A DNA stretch of 49,527 nucleotides. Origin: a virus (Duplodnaviria; Caudoviricetes). Of this stretch, positions 34,723 to 43,066 are shown piece by piece. Position 1 is the stretch's first letter. Each line of letters opens with the position of its first letter. The stretch lies in the IMG/VR virus record IMGVR_UViG_3300048574_000467, positions 1 to 49,527 of that record; one strand, 5' to 3'. The translations under genes were made by a program, and so were the position numbers. The notes below the pieces were generated by a model, which ran no database searches, was not told the DNA's origin, and saw nothing but the letters and a program-made list of their open reading frames with translations.

Positions 34723-35175
34723 TTAGCCGAATGTCTCGGTCTGGTACCAGGCCTCATTGACCCCCGTCCCGGTGCCAGACGACGTAGCCGCGCCGCTGCC
34801 GTTGTAGACATAGACCTTGATGTACCTCGGCAGTGCGCCGCCGAACGCAGCCGCGACGCTGAACTGGCCCGAACTGCGCGCCGCCGTGTTTGCAGTGAAC
34901 GTGAGCGCTCCGACGAAGCGCGCATTAGCCGCAGTGTTCACGTCTGCCGGGGCATCGGTGAAATTGGTGTTGTCGAGCGACCCACTGACGAAGATCGACA
35001 TCGTTGCAGCCGCCGTCGCGCTCGTGTTCGGCGTCACGCCAACGAGCGACAGGAGCAGTTCGTGCGGCGGCGCCGCGCCGAGGTCGATCGTCGAGCCGAT
35101 CTGCGCCGAGTAGGTCGCGTTGCTGATGCTGTTGACGTTGCCGAGCTTGGTGGCGGTGCCGTAGGAGTTGGCCAT
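34723..35175 (-). CDS. hypothetical beta-rich virion-type protein
   Basis: 150 aa; SLDNTNF, SVAAAFGGALPRY.K..VYN.SG. Confidence 0.65.
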   Translation of the reverse strand: MANSYGTATKLGNVNSISNATYSAQIGSTIDLGAAPPHELLLSLVGVTPNTSATAAATMSIFVSGSLDNTNFTDAPADVNTAANARFVGALTFTANTAARSSGQFSVAAAFGGALPRYIKVYVYNGSGAATSSGTGTGVNEAWYQTETFG

Positions 35176-35176
35176 G

Positions 35177-35659
35177 TCACGCTCCGTTCAGCGCGTGGCT
35201 GATGTCGTCGGTGCCGATCGGGGCCGGCACAAGCGCCAGGGCCTTGAGGTTGGCCGCGTCGTCGGCCGTGAGGATGCCGGCTGCCGCGAACTGATCGAGC
35301 ATGCCGCGCAGGGCCGCGTCGCCCAGGTCAAGGCCGTCGGCCGCGAGGAATCCAAGCTGGCGCTTGAGCAGCGAGCCGAGCACCTTTGACGGCTGATCGT
35401 CGGCTGCCATGAGCGCATCGCGGGCGCCCTCCAGCTTGAGCAGCACGACCTCGGCGGCAGCCGGCCCACCGGGATAGCCCGCCGCGATGCCGCGTGCACT
35501 GATGAGACGCGATGCCACGCGTGTGCGCCCCACGGATAGGTAGGCGGCAACGCTCGCGTCGTCGCGCGCATCAACCCACGCCGCGATGTCGCTTGCCTGC
35601 TGCGCGGTCAGCTCATCTCCAAGCGCGCCCTCGATTGCTGTCTGTTGCTGAGGCGTCAT
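35177..35659 (-). CDS. hypothetical protein
   Basis: 160 aa, coupled in operon. Confidence 0.7.
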   Translation of the reverse strand: MTPQQQTAIEGALGDELTAQQASDIAAWVDARDDASVAAYLSVGRTRVASRLISARGIAAGYPGGPAAAEVVLLKLEGARDALMAADDQPSKVLGSLLKRQLGFLAADGLDLGDAALRGMLDQFAAAGILTADDAANLKALALVPAPIGTDDISHALNGA

Positions 35660-36102
35660 AGCCCCCTCCTGTTGAAATACGACATGCAGGGCGTGATGCC
35701 CATCAGTCCGGGTCGCCAGCGTTCCAGATCGTCAGTGAGCCCGGCTTCGACGAGTGCGCGCTCGACGTGCTCCGAGCAGTACCAGTCCTCGGGACTTTGC
35801 CAATCGCGTTCACGGGCGAGAACGCCGAGCACGCCCCACCAGTCATAGGGTGCGCCGAGCGTGCTGCGCGCCCAGGCGAGGCCCGCCTCGTCGTCAGGCG
35901 TGGCGATGTCGAGCAGTTCGTGTTCGCTCGCCCTGGCAAGCGCTGCGGCCAGGGGCGTGCGAATCACGCCGCGTTCCAGCGCCCGGCTCTCGATCACGCT
36001 GTCGCCATCCACGATGGCGCAGTGCGACCACGGGCCGAACCACGACGCGGCCCGAATCAGCAGTGCGGCCGGGTTGGCCTGACGCGAGTAGAGGACGCGC
36101 AC
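35656..36102 (-). CDS. permuted papain-like (YiiX/YaeF-type) amidase/peptidase
   Basis: WSHCAI (His) before G.PYD and WYCSE (Cys). Confidence 0.8.
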   Translation of the reverse strand: MRVLYSRQANPAALLIRAASWFGPWSHCAIVDGDSVIESRALERGVIRTPLAAALARASEHELLDIATPDDEAGLAWARSTLGAPYDWWGVLGVLARERDWQSPEDWYCSEHVERALVEAGLTDDLERWRPGLMGITPCMSYFNRRGL

Positions 36103-36114
36103 GTCGCCGCCCGA

Positions 36115-36582
36115 TCAGCTTTGCGTCAGCGTCAGGATGTCGGTGCCTGCGCCGGCCTGCCAGTCGATCGTGAAGTTGCCGAGCGTCAGATCGGTCGCCG
36201 CGCCGAGATCGACGAACGCCAGCGCGCGCTTGCTCGCGTCTGTGTCGTTGTAGATGATCGCCCATCGCGCGTTCGTCGGATTCGACGCATGCTGGTTGAT
36301 CGTCAGGTCCGTCGCTCGGAACGTCGGCACGTTCGAGACGCTCGTCCACGAAACCGATGCGAGCGATGGTCCGCCTGTCGCGTAGTTGCCGCCCGGCGTG
36401 ACCTGATTCGTCGCGAAATTCACGCTGCCGCCAGCCGCCCAGCGCGGATCGGCATCCGCAATTGCGGGCGTCGCCGTGCTCGTCACGAGGCCGAGCTTGA
36501 ACGTGTCCGCGCTCAGGTCATGCACCTTCTTGCCTATCGCCAGCAGCGCGCCGGAGAACCACTTGATGTCGCCTTTTGCCAT
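36115..36582 (-). CDS. conserved phage structural-type protein
   Basis: HDLSADTFKLGL, GNYATGG, ARWAIIYNDT, GNFTIDW; AGGAG RBS. Confidence 0.7.
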   Translation of the reverse strand: MAKGDIKWFSGALLAIGKKVHDLSADTFKLGLVTSTATPAIADADPRWAAGGSVNFATNQVTPGGNYATGGPSLASVSWTSVSNVPTFRATDLTINQHASNPTNARWAIIYNDTDASKRALAFVDLGAATDLTLGNFTIDWQAGAGTDILTLTQS

Positions 36583-36608
36583 TTTTCACTCTCCTACGGT
36601 TAATGAAC

Positions 36609-36935
36609 TCACTTCGCCTGCCGGTCACACACGACGACGAGCGTGCTCTGTCCTGTCAGCGCATCTCGCGCGTCCTGTGCCATCTGCACCAGCAGCCGCT
36701 GCGTCGACACCTGCTGTGCGTCGGTCATAGGTTGGCCGTCGATCGTCATCACCACGCCGCCCGCGTACTCGATGTCCTGCGCATCTGGCGCGATTGCGGG
36801 CGGATCGCCATCCCACCAAGCGGCGACTCCGCCGTATCGCGCATATCCAGTACCGCGATGCCAGCGCAGCGCAGCGCTGCGGCCGTATTGGCGCAGCCAT
36901 TGCATGATCTCGTCGTAGGCCGCGTCTTTCGTCAT
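36609..36935 (-). CDS. hypothetical protein
   Basis: 108 aa, ATGA-coupled. Confidence 0.55.
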   Translation of the reverse strand: MTKDAAYDEIMQWLRQYGRSAALRWHRGTGYARYGGVAAWWDGDPPAIAPDAQDIEYAGGVVMTIDGQPMTDAQQVSTQRLLVQMAQDARDALTGQSTLVVVCDRQAK

Positions 36936-37771
36936 GGCCGCACGCTCCCAGCGCCGTTGCCAGTCGCAGGCGGCTTGGTGGTCGGTGGGGCGGACGTAGG
37001 CGGGGCAGCCGGGCCTGTCGTTGGCGGGGGGAGCACAGGCGGCACATCGGGCGGCGTGAGCACCGGCGGCACCTCTGGCGGCCTCACGACCGGCGGTTGC
37101 ACGACCGGCGGTTGCACGACCGGCGGTTGCACGACCGGCGGCGGCTTCGGCGGCTCGGGCATGGTCGCGGTAGCCTCGCCCGGCGTGCACAGCGCGCCGA
37201 GCAGCGGGGTCTTGGCGCCCGGGACGACGCAGTAGACGGACTTGCCTTCGAGCGCGCGGCCGGCTTTCTCGCGGCAGCCGCAGGCGACGCCGACCGGCAC
37301 CCGCTCGGATGCGGCCGTGGTCGAGCGTTTGCCCTCGGAGATGATGTAGCCAGGCCGGTCCTTGGCCTTGCCGCTCGTCTGCACCCGCCACGGCGGGATT
37401 GGCGGCGGGTTACTATCGAACCACACCAGTGAGGTGATAGATGCGTCGAGCGCGGTGTAGCGCGGGTCGTCCCACGCGATCGATGGCATGACCAGCAGGA
37501 ACCCGACCGACGACGCGGCCTGTGCCTCGCGGCTCATATCGACGATCAACGCGCTGGCCTGATCGGCGGCGTCGAGGCTGCGAGACCAGTAGCGGTTGAA
37601 CCTGGTCGCGCACCACCAGTAGGTGAACCGATCCACGCCGGATGCGCCGGAATGCACGTACTGCGGACCCGGCAATACGCACGGCTCGCCATCGACCGTC
37701 TGAGTGCCGGCACTTGCACTGCCGAACATGAACGCGCACAGCAGCGCGGCGAGGATGAAGCGCAAATTCAT
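36932..37771 (-). CDS. secreted Cys-containing protein with Pro-rich tail
   Basis: signal peptide MNLRFILAALLCAFMFGSASA; PPVVQ repeats from 15-bp tandem repeat near 37086-37142. Confidence 0.75.
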   Translation of the reverse strand: MNLRFILAALLCAFMFGSASAGTQTVDGEPCVLPGPQYVHSGASGVDRFTYWWCATRFNRYWSRSLDAADQASALIVDMSREAQAASSVGFLLVMPSIAWDDPRYTALDASITSLVWFDSNPPPIPPWRVQTSGKAKDRPGYIISEGKRSTTAASERVPVGVACGCREKAGRALEGKSVYCVVPGAKTPLLGALCTPGEATATMPEPPKPPPVVQPPVVQPPVVQPPVVRPPEVPPVLTPPDVPPVLPPPTTGPAAPPTSAPPTTKPPATGNGAGSVRP

Positions 37772-37774
37772 GTC

Positions 37775-38308
37775 TCAGGCCTCCATGAGTTGGGCCGCGG
37801 CGCGGCGTGCCATGTCGCGCAACTGCGAGACGCGGCTCGCCGATACCGAGAGCGCCAGCGCCACCTCGGACGGCGCGAGGCCGCGCGCGAGCAGCTCGAC
37901 GCACTCGAGCATCCGCTGCGAGCCGCGGCGGCGCAGCAGCCGCGTCACGTCGCGCGCGGCGAGCCTTGCTTCGGGCGCGGCGGGCTGGCGGCGCGGGTCG
38001 GCCTCGGGCGTCCACTCGACCGCGTTGGCCGGGATCTGGCGCCGCGTGGCGCGGGCGTAGTCGAGCATCGCGCCCTGCGTGCGGCGCGCGAGGTAGCGCT
38101 GGGCGTGCTCGGGATCGTCCGGCACGCGCCCGGCGCGGCGGGCGGCGAGCACCGCCAGGCGCCCTTCCTGGCGCAGGTCGCCGGCGTCGAAGCCGGTGTA
38201 CTGGCCGCGCATCAGGCGGCGCACGCTGCGCTCGGCGGCGCGCACGGCGGCTTCGTCAGCGGCGTCGGCCGGCGCCGCAGCAGCGGGGGCGGATGTTGCA
38301 GTGTTCAC
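37775..38308 (-). CDS. sigma70-family factor (FliA/WhiG-like regions 2 and 4)
   Basis: DLRQEGRLAV, YLARRTQGAMLDYAR (region 2); EVALALSVSASRVSQL (region 4). Confidence 0.75.
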   Translation of the reverse strand: MNTATSAPAAAAPADAADEAAVRAAERSVRRLMRGQYTGFDAGDLRQEGRLAVLAARRAGRVPDDPEHAQRYLARRTQGAMLDYARATRRQIPANAVEWTPEADPRRQPAAPEARLAARDVTRLLRRRGSQRMLECVELLARGLAPSEVALALSVSASRVSQLRDMARRAAAQLMEA

Positions 38309-38315
38309 GGCGCCG

Positions 38316-38361
38316 ATGATCCCCGCGCGCGCGCGAAGGCAGCATGCCGGAGCGCTTCGGC
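38316..38361 (-). promoter_or_regulatory. putative activator-dependent late promoter (first late operon)
   Basis: dyad GCCGAAGCGCTCCGGC, 24 bp, GATCAT, 7 bp, GTG. Confidence 0.6.
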
Positions 38362-38465
38362 AGGCGGCGCGGGTGAGCCGCCATCCTGCCCCCGAGACCG
38401 GAGGGAATGTGCGGTTGTGCCGGGGCGGCCGCGAGGCGGCGGCTGGGGTATGGCACACTGCGCGC

Positions 38466-38666
38466 ATGAAGAGGGTGCCGCCGACCGTCGAGATGACGCC
38501 AGTGCGCCGGGAGGTTGTCAGCCCGGCTGAATTTCTGCGTCTGGCGAAGGAGTCGCCTCACCTCATCGCGCGCTCGCGCTTCGTGGCCCCAGCCGTCGGC
38601 CGGCGCGACTTCGGCGGCTTCGAGATTCATTACAGCGTTCCGGTGCTGCGTCGCGCGGCCGCATGA
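38466..38666 (+). CDS. small hypothetical protein (moron gene 1)
   Basis: 66 aa; extended -10 TGGCACACT at 38451-38459; ATGA overlap with next gene. Confidence 0.7.
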   Translation: MKRVPPTVEMTPVRREVVSPAEFLRLAKESPHLIARSRFVAPAVGRRDFGGFEIHYSVPVLRRAAA

Positions 38667-39082
38667 GCGGCGGCAACAACAAGCAGATCTCGGCACGGCC
38701 GCCCGCGGTCGCGCCCCTGTCGGAAGAGACGGTGCAGCGCATGCTGGCGCTGCAGGAGGCCAAGATCGGCCTCGAGGTGAAGCAGGCCGAGATCTCGCTG
38801 CGCGAAATCGAGCACAACCAGAAGATCGCCGACAAGTCGATCCAGGCCCAAGCCGAAGACCGCAAGGACGAGCGCTCGGTGCAAAAGACGATGGACCTGC
38901 ACCGCCTCGTCTTCGCCGCGGTGGTGGTGGCGATGCTGCTGAGCTTCGTGGTCGTGGCGTTGTGGATGAACAAGGACGCGCTGGTGCTGGACGTGATCAA
39001 GGTATTGATCGGCTTCGTCGGCGGCTGGGGCGCGTCGATCGCCTGGCGCCAGCATCGGGCAGGCACGCCGAAGGACGACTGA
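38663..39082 (+). CDS. coiled-coil plus two-TM membrane protein (moron gene 2, DUF2335-like)
   Basis: 139 aa; C-terminal two hydrophobic helices. Confidence 0.75.
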   Translation: MSGGNNKQISARPPAVAPLSEETVQRMLALQEAKIGLEVKQAEISLREIEHNQKIADKSIQAQAEDRKDERSVQKTMDLHRLVFAAVVVAMLLSFVVVALWMNKDALVLDVIKVLIGFVGGWGASIAWRQHRAGTPKDD

Positions 39083-39124
39083 AGCAAAAGCCCCGCCGGG
39101 CGGGCGCCGCGGCGGGGCTTTTGC
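39083..39124. terminator. bidirectional intrinsic terminator
   Basis: GCAAAAGCCCCGCCG...CGGCGGGGCTTTTGC between convergent genes. Confidence 0.85.
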
Positions 39125-39142
39125 GGACGGCTGGGGTGCCGG

Positions 39143-39376
39143 CTACGGCACGATCTCCCTGCCTTCCATCCAGCGCGGCGCGCGCCAGATCGAAAGCACG
39201 TCTGTCATCAGCACCGCCGTGTCGGTCGCGTCGACGATGCGCCACGTCACCGTGGCTTCCGCCTTGGCCGCGATGTACCCCAGATCGGCGGCGGCGAGCT
39301 TCACGTGCTCCAGGTCCTCGATGCCGAACGTCATCACGTTCTTCCACGCGCCCGAGTTGTTCACCTGCAGCCTCAT
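39143..39376 (-). CDS. hypothetical protein
   Basis: MRLQVNNSGAWKNV; coupled, last early gene. Confidence 0.7.
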   Translation of the reverse strand: MRLQVNNSGAWKNVMTFGIEDLEHVKLAAADLGYIAAKAEATVTWRIVDATDTAVLMTDVLSIWRAPRWMEGREIVP

Positions 39377-39624
39377 GGCGCCACCTCGCCCGCCCGCAGC
39401 GGGCACAGGCAATCGGGCTCGCGGATGCCGCAGGGGCACAGCCGCTCGTGCGCGCCGGCGTCGATGCGCTCGGGGTGGGCGGCGAGGTAGCTTTCGGCGG
39501 CGTCGGCGTAGCGGCGCAGGATGGCGACCGTCGCCTCCTGGGCGCGGCTTTGGGCCGGCGTGAGGCGCGGCGCCAGGCTCGGCACGGCGAAGCCGGCGCG
39601 GCCGGCGCGCGGCGGGGGCGTCAT
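39373..39624 (-). CDS. hypothetical protein, Cys-rich C-terminus
   Basis: ATGA overlaps on both sides. Confidence 0.6.
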   Translation of the reverse strand: MTPPPRAGRAGFAVPSLAPRLTPAQSRAQEATVAILRRYADAAESYLAAHPERIDAGAHERLCPCGIREPDCLCPLRAGEVAP

Positions 39625-39932
39625 AGGGTGACGCGCTCGACGCGGCGGCTCGTCACGGCCTCGAGCTCGCGGCCGAGCGCGGCGGCGTCGCCGCTCAGGT
39701 GCGCGCTCAGGATGGCGCGCAGGTCGGCGTCGATGCTGGCGAAGGCGGCGCGCAGCGCGCAGGCTTCGCGCTGCACCGCGGCGAGCTGGCCGCGCAGCTC
39801 GTCGGCGGTGGCCTGCAGCTCGCGCGTGTAGACCGGCACGCGGGGGATGCGGGGCGCGGCGGCGGTGCCGGCCTGCGCCCAGGTGGATGCGCTCGGCCAG
39901 ACCGGCAGCGCGGGGGCGGCGGCGGGCCTCAT
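39621..39932 (-). CDS. hypothetical coiled-coil protein
   Basis: ATGA overlaps on both sides. Confidence 0.6.
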   Translation of the reverse strand: MRPAAAPALPVWPSASTWAQAGTAAAPRIPRVPVYTRELQATADELRGQLAAVQREACALRAAFASIDADLRAILSAHLSGDAAALGRELEAVTSRRVERVTL

Positions 39933-40519
39933 GCCGCGGCCCTCTTGTCAGCGGCCTTGCCTGCCGCCTTGCCTGCCGCCTTGCCTGCCGCCTTGCCCGC
40001 GGCCTTGCCTGCGGCCTTGCCCGCGCCCTCGGGCGCCGCCGCGCCGGGCGCGGGCCTGCTCGTCAGCCACACGCGCAGTTCGCCCGGCGCGCACAGGTTG
40101 GTGCGCACGGTGCAGCCCAGCCGGCGCGCGATGTTGTAGAGCCTGCGCCCGGCTGCGTTGGTGACGGCCACGCTGTCGCCCACGTTCATGCGGTCGAGCA
40201 GGTCGGTGTAGGCCTTGGTCACCAGGTCGCGCTTGGCGACGGGGTATTCCACGCCGCGCTCGATGACGACGTTCGCGAGGTCGGGCAGGCGCAGCCGGCG
40301 CTTGGGCTTCGTCCGCCACGCCGGGCTGGCCAGGCCGGCGGCGATGCGCCCGGCGTCGAAGGCGCTGGCGGCAACGCCGGCCGGGCGCTGCACGCCGGTG
40401 GCGGCGGCGCTGCTGAGCTTGTGCACGAAGGGGCGCGCGTCTTCGTCGTGCTCGTCTTCGGGCGCGTCTTGCGGCTCGGCGGCGGGCGTGCTCTTGGCGA
40501 TGCGGGCAATGCGGGGCAT
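39929..40519 (-). CDS. hypothetical protein with (AAGK)n tail
   Basis: LLDRMNVGDS...LRVW core; 12-bp tandem repeat about 39951-40024. Confidence 0.7.
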   Translation of the reverse strand: MPRIARIAKSTPAAEPQDAPEDEHDEDARPFVHKLSSAAATGVQRPAGVAASAFDAGRIAAGLASPAWRTKPKRRLRLPDLANVVIERGVEYPVAKRDLVTKAYTDLLDRMNVGDSVAVTNAAGRRLYNIARRLGCTVRTNLCAPGELRVWLTSRPAPGAAAPEGAGKAAGKAAGKAAGKAAGKAAGKAADKRAAA

Positions 40520-40522
40520 GGT

Positions 40523-41065
40523 TCAGGCTCCTTGGTCTGCGGTTTGTTCGAACGGGGTGATCACGAAATCCTCGACGCCGCTGGAAATCGCGATGCCGGG
40601 CACGCCGCGCACGGCGTCTGGCTCGGCGAGGATGGCTTCCTTGTTGACTTCATCCTTGGTGCGGATGAAGCGCGCCAGGCCCATGCGGGCCAGGGTTTCG
40701 AGCACGGCCTCGGCGCCGCGCACGACGACGCTCGGGGGCCGCTGGCGCCAGCTCACCTCGCCGGTGACGAGGTTGGCCGTCTTGCCCAGGCGGTCGGCCG
40801 CGCCGCACAGCAGCACGCGGTTGGCCTCGCACCAGGTCTGGATGCCGCCTTGCAGCGCGGTGATGCGCTCGGAAAGCTCCATCAGCGCCGGCTGGTGGGT
40901 GTGGGTGACGGCGGCAATCTCGTCGTTCATCTGCGCCTGCAGCCGGGCGTGCGCGCGCTGCAGGTCGCCCAGGGTGCGGATGTGGGCGGCGCAGTCGTCC
41001 CGGCTTTGCGGTACGGCTGCGGCGCGGGCGGGGGCCTTGATTCGGGTTGCGGTTCGGGTTGCCAT
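40523..41065 (-). CDS. gam: Mu Gam host-nuclease inhibitor
   Basis: VPQSRDD...I..LGDLQR, WCEANR, KTANLVTGEVSWRQRPPSV, EVNKEAIL, EDFVITPFE. Confidence 0.93.
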   Translation of the reverse strand: MATRTATRIKAPARAAAVPQSRDDCAAHIRTLGDLQRAHARLQAQMNDEIAAVTHTHQPALMELSERITALQGGIQTWCEANRVLLCGAADRLGKTANLVTGEVSWRQRPPSVVVRGAEAVLETLARMGLARFIRTKDEVNKEAILAEPDAVRGVPGIAISSGVEDFVITPFEQTADQGA

Positions 41066-41112
41066 GTTGGCGTTACTCCGTGGGTGGTTGGGGGCTTGGG
41101 CGGGCGCCCGAG

Positions 41113-41643
41113 TTACGGCTCGGGCAGGGGAAAGAGTTCTTCCTGCGGTGCGGGCTTGCCGGCCTCTGCATCGCTGGCTTCGATCGCGCGCTCGATCTGG
41201 CGGTAGGTGAGGCCGCGGCGCACGCTGGCGAGCTCGAGGCCGAGTTCGTAGACGGCTTGCCGCCGGCTCAGGCGCCCGCCCTTGCGGCTGGTGAGGTGGT
41301 CGAAGCGGCTCCTGATCCAGCGGTTGCGCTTTTCGACCGCGGCGGCGACGCACAGCGGGATGTCGAGCGCGTTGCCGCCGTAGTGGGCGAGCAGCGCGGG
41401 CATGGCCGCCGCACCGACGATGGATTCGAGCTGCGCGTAGCGGCGCGCGCCGGCCGGGTTGGCATCGGAGCGGCGCGGGATCAGCACCTGCGTGCCGGGC
41501 AGCTCGCGCATCAGCGCCGCCGCCGCGTCGGGCCCGACGACGCGCGCCAGCTCGGCCGCGCTTGGCGGCAGCAGGTGGGCGAGGTGGCGCAAGTCGTCGG
41601 CGTCGAGCTCGAAGGCGGGCATGGCGGGGCTTTCAGTGCGCAT
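41113..41643 (-). CDS. Mor/C-family transcription activator
   Basis: LP.SA.EL...VG..AA..L....PG, YGG..LDIP.C, RN..IR, LTYRQI. Confidence 0.75.
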   Translation of the reverse strand: MRTESPAMPAFELDADDLRHLAHLLPPSAAELARVVGPDAAAALMRELPGTQVLIPRRSDANPAGARRYAQLESIVGAAAMPALLAHYGGNALDIPLCVAAAVEKRNRWIRSRFDHLTSRKGGRLSRRQAVYELGLELASVRRGLTYRQIERAIEASDAEAGKPAPQEELFPLPEP

Positions 41644-42193
41644 GGGCCGGCGACGGGTGGGCGGCTTTCGCGCGCAGGGTGCGGGCGAGCGCGCCGACCA
41701 GGCTGTGCAGGTCGTGCGGGGCGCAGAAGTCCACGCGCTCGGCCCAGCCGTTCCTCTTGCAGATGGCGTCGGCGTAGTTCAGGCTGTGCGGCTCGCCGGT
41801 GACTCGGTGCAGCTCGGCCAGCAGCGCGTGGACCTTGCGCATGAGGGCGGCGCGCTCGGGCGCGGGGGTGGCGCGCTTCCTGCCACCGTCGTAGGCGGCG
41901 CGCCGGGGATTCGCCGCGCCCTGGCGGCGCAGGTAGTCGAGCACCCTGCCCTGCTCGGGCACGGAAAGCTCGGTCGCGCTGCGCTTGCCGGTCTGGGCTT
42001 GGAGCATCGTGCGGTAGGTGGCGTCGTCCAGCCCCAACTGGCGCTGCGCGCACTTGATGGCCTTGATGCCGGCCTTGCGGCGTTGCTCTAGGCTCGCCGG
42101 CCGAGCGCCGGGCCGCCCCAAGCCGGCCGGCCTCCCCTCGGGGGGCGACGACGCCGCAGGCGGCGTCTTGGGGCCGTCAATCCGGGCATTCAT
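41633..42193 (-). CDS. gemA: GemA (DUF1018, Mu gp16)
   Basis: IKCAQRQLGLDDATYRTML...TGKRSATEL, KVHALL, YADAI. Confidence 0.88.
   Translation of the reverse strand: MNARIDGPKTPPAASSPPEGRPAGLGRPGARPASLEQRRKAGIKAIKCAQRQLGLDDATYRTMLQAQTGKRSATELSVPEQGRVLDYLRRQGAANPRRAAYDGGRKRATPAPERAALMRKVHALLAELHRVTGEPHSLNYADAICKRNGWAERVDFCAPHDLHSLVGALARTLRAKAAHPSPAHAH
42099..42179. repeat. REP-like palindromic element, copy 2, within gemA 5' end
   Basis: first 31 nt match copy 1 at 30 positions; same TCCCCTCGGGGG core and GGGGCCGTCA end. Confidence 0.75.
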
Positions 42194-42408
42194 TGCAGCG
42201 CCCCGCCGCCGCCGCTGCGGCGCTCGAAGGCGGTGGCGAACAGTTCCGCCACCTCGGCGGGCGACAGCTCGGGCAACGTGCGCGCGATCTCGACGATCTT
42301 GACGACCGCGCTGCGCAGCGACTGCACCTCGGCCACGCCGAGCGCTCGGTGCGCGGGAGGGCCGCCGGCGGCGAGCAGGCGCCGGCCGGTGTCGCGGCTG
42401 GCGCTCAT
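42190..42408 (-). CDS. hypothetical protein
   Basis: 72 aa, coupled. Confidence 0.55.
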   Translation of the reverse strand: MSASRDTGRRLLAAGGPPAHRALGVAEVQSLRSAVVKIVEIARTLPELSPAEVAELFATAFERRSGGGGALQ

Positions 42409-42617
42409 GACAGCGCCACCAGCACGCCGAGCGCGAAGGCGCAGACGGCGGGCAGCACGACGTGCTCGACGAAGGCGGCGATCTCGGCGTTGCGCGCGCG
42501 GCGCGCGGCTTCGGGGTCGACGGGCTCGGCGATGCCGAGGCAGTTTTCGGGCCATTCGCGCCAGGCTTCGCGCGTGGTGCGCGGGTGGCGGCGGGTCGTT
42601 TCCGGGACGGCGTTCAT
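42405..42617 (-). CDS. small C-terminally anchored membrane protein
   Basis: HPRTTREAW motif, C-terminal TM, AGGAG RBS. Confidence 0.65.
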   Translation of the reverse strand: MNAVPETTRRHPRTTREAWREWPENCLGIAEPVDPEAARRARNAEIAAFVEHVVLPAVCAFALGVLVALS

Positions 42618-43066
42618 TTCTCGTCTCCTTGGTCGGATTGGTGGGCTGGGTGGGTGCGGGCGGGCGGGAGGTATGGGGCGCGGGCGGTGCAGCGCATGCA
42701 GGCGCGCCAGTGGGCGACTTCGGGCTGCTTGATCTGGGCGTAGCTGCGGGCGGCGAAGGCGCGGCATTGATCGGGCGGGATCGGGCGGCCGAGAAAGGGG
42801 CAGTCGACCTGCATCAGCACGGCCTGCACGCGCGAGATGAACTTCGGCGGCGGCTTGTCGGTCAAGTCGCCGCCGGCGACGCGGCTGACGTAGGCGCGCG
42901 TGACTTCGAGCCGCTCGGCGATGCCTTGCCTGCCGCGCGGGTCGGCAGCGATCGCGGCGTCGAGCGCGCGGCGCCAGGCGGGCACCGGCGCGGGGATCGG
43001 CAGATCGGCCGGCGCGGGCTCGCCCAGGGGCAGCTCGGCAGTGAAGGTGTCTTCGGCTTGCTTCAC
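42614..43066 (-). CDS. HTH plus Cys-cluster DNA-binding protein
   Basis: IAERLEVTRAYVSRV; CPFLG...C...HWRACMRC. Confidence 0.75.
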   Translation of the reverse strand: MKQAEDTFTAELPLGEPAPADLPIPAPVPAWRRALDAAIAADPRGRQGIAERLEVTRAYVSRVAGGDLTDKPPPKFISRVQAVLMQVDCPFLGRPIPPDQCRAFAARSYAQIKQPEVAHWRACMRCTARAPYLPPARTHPAHQSDQGDEK

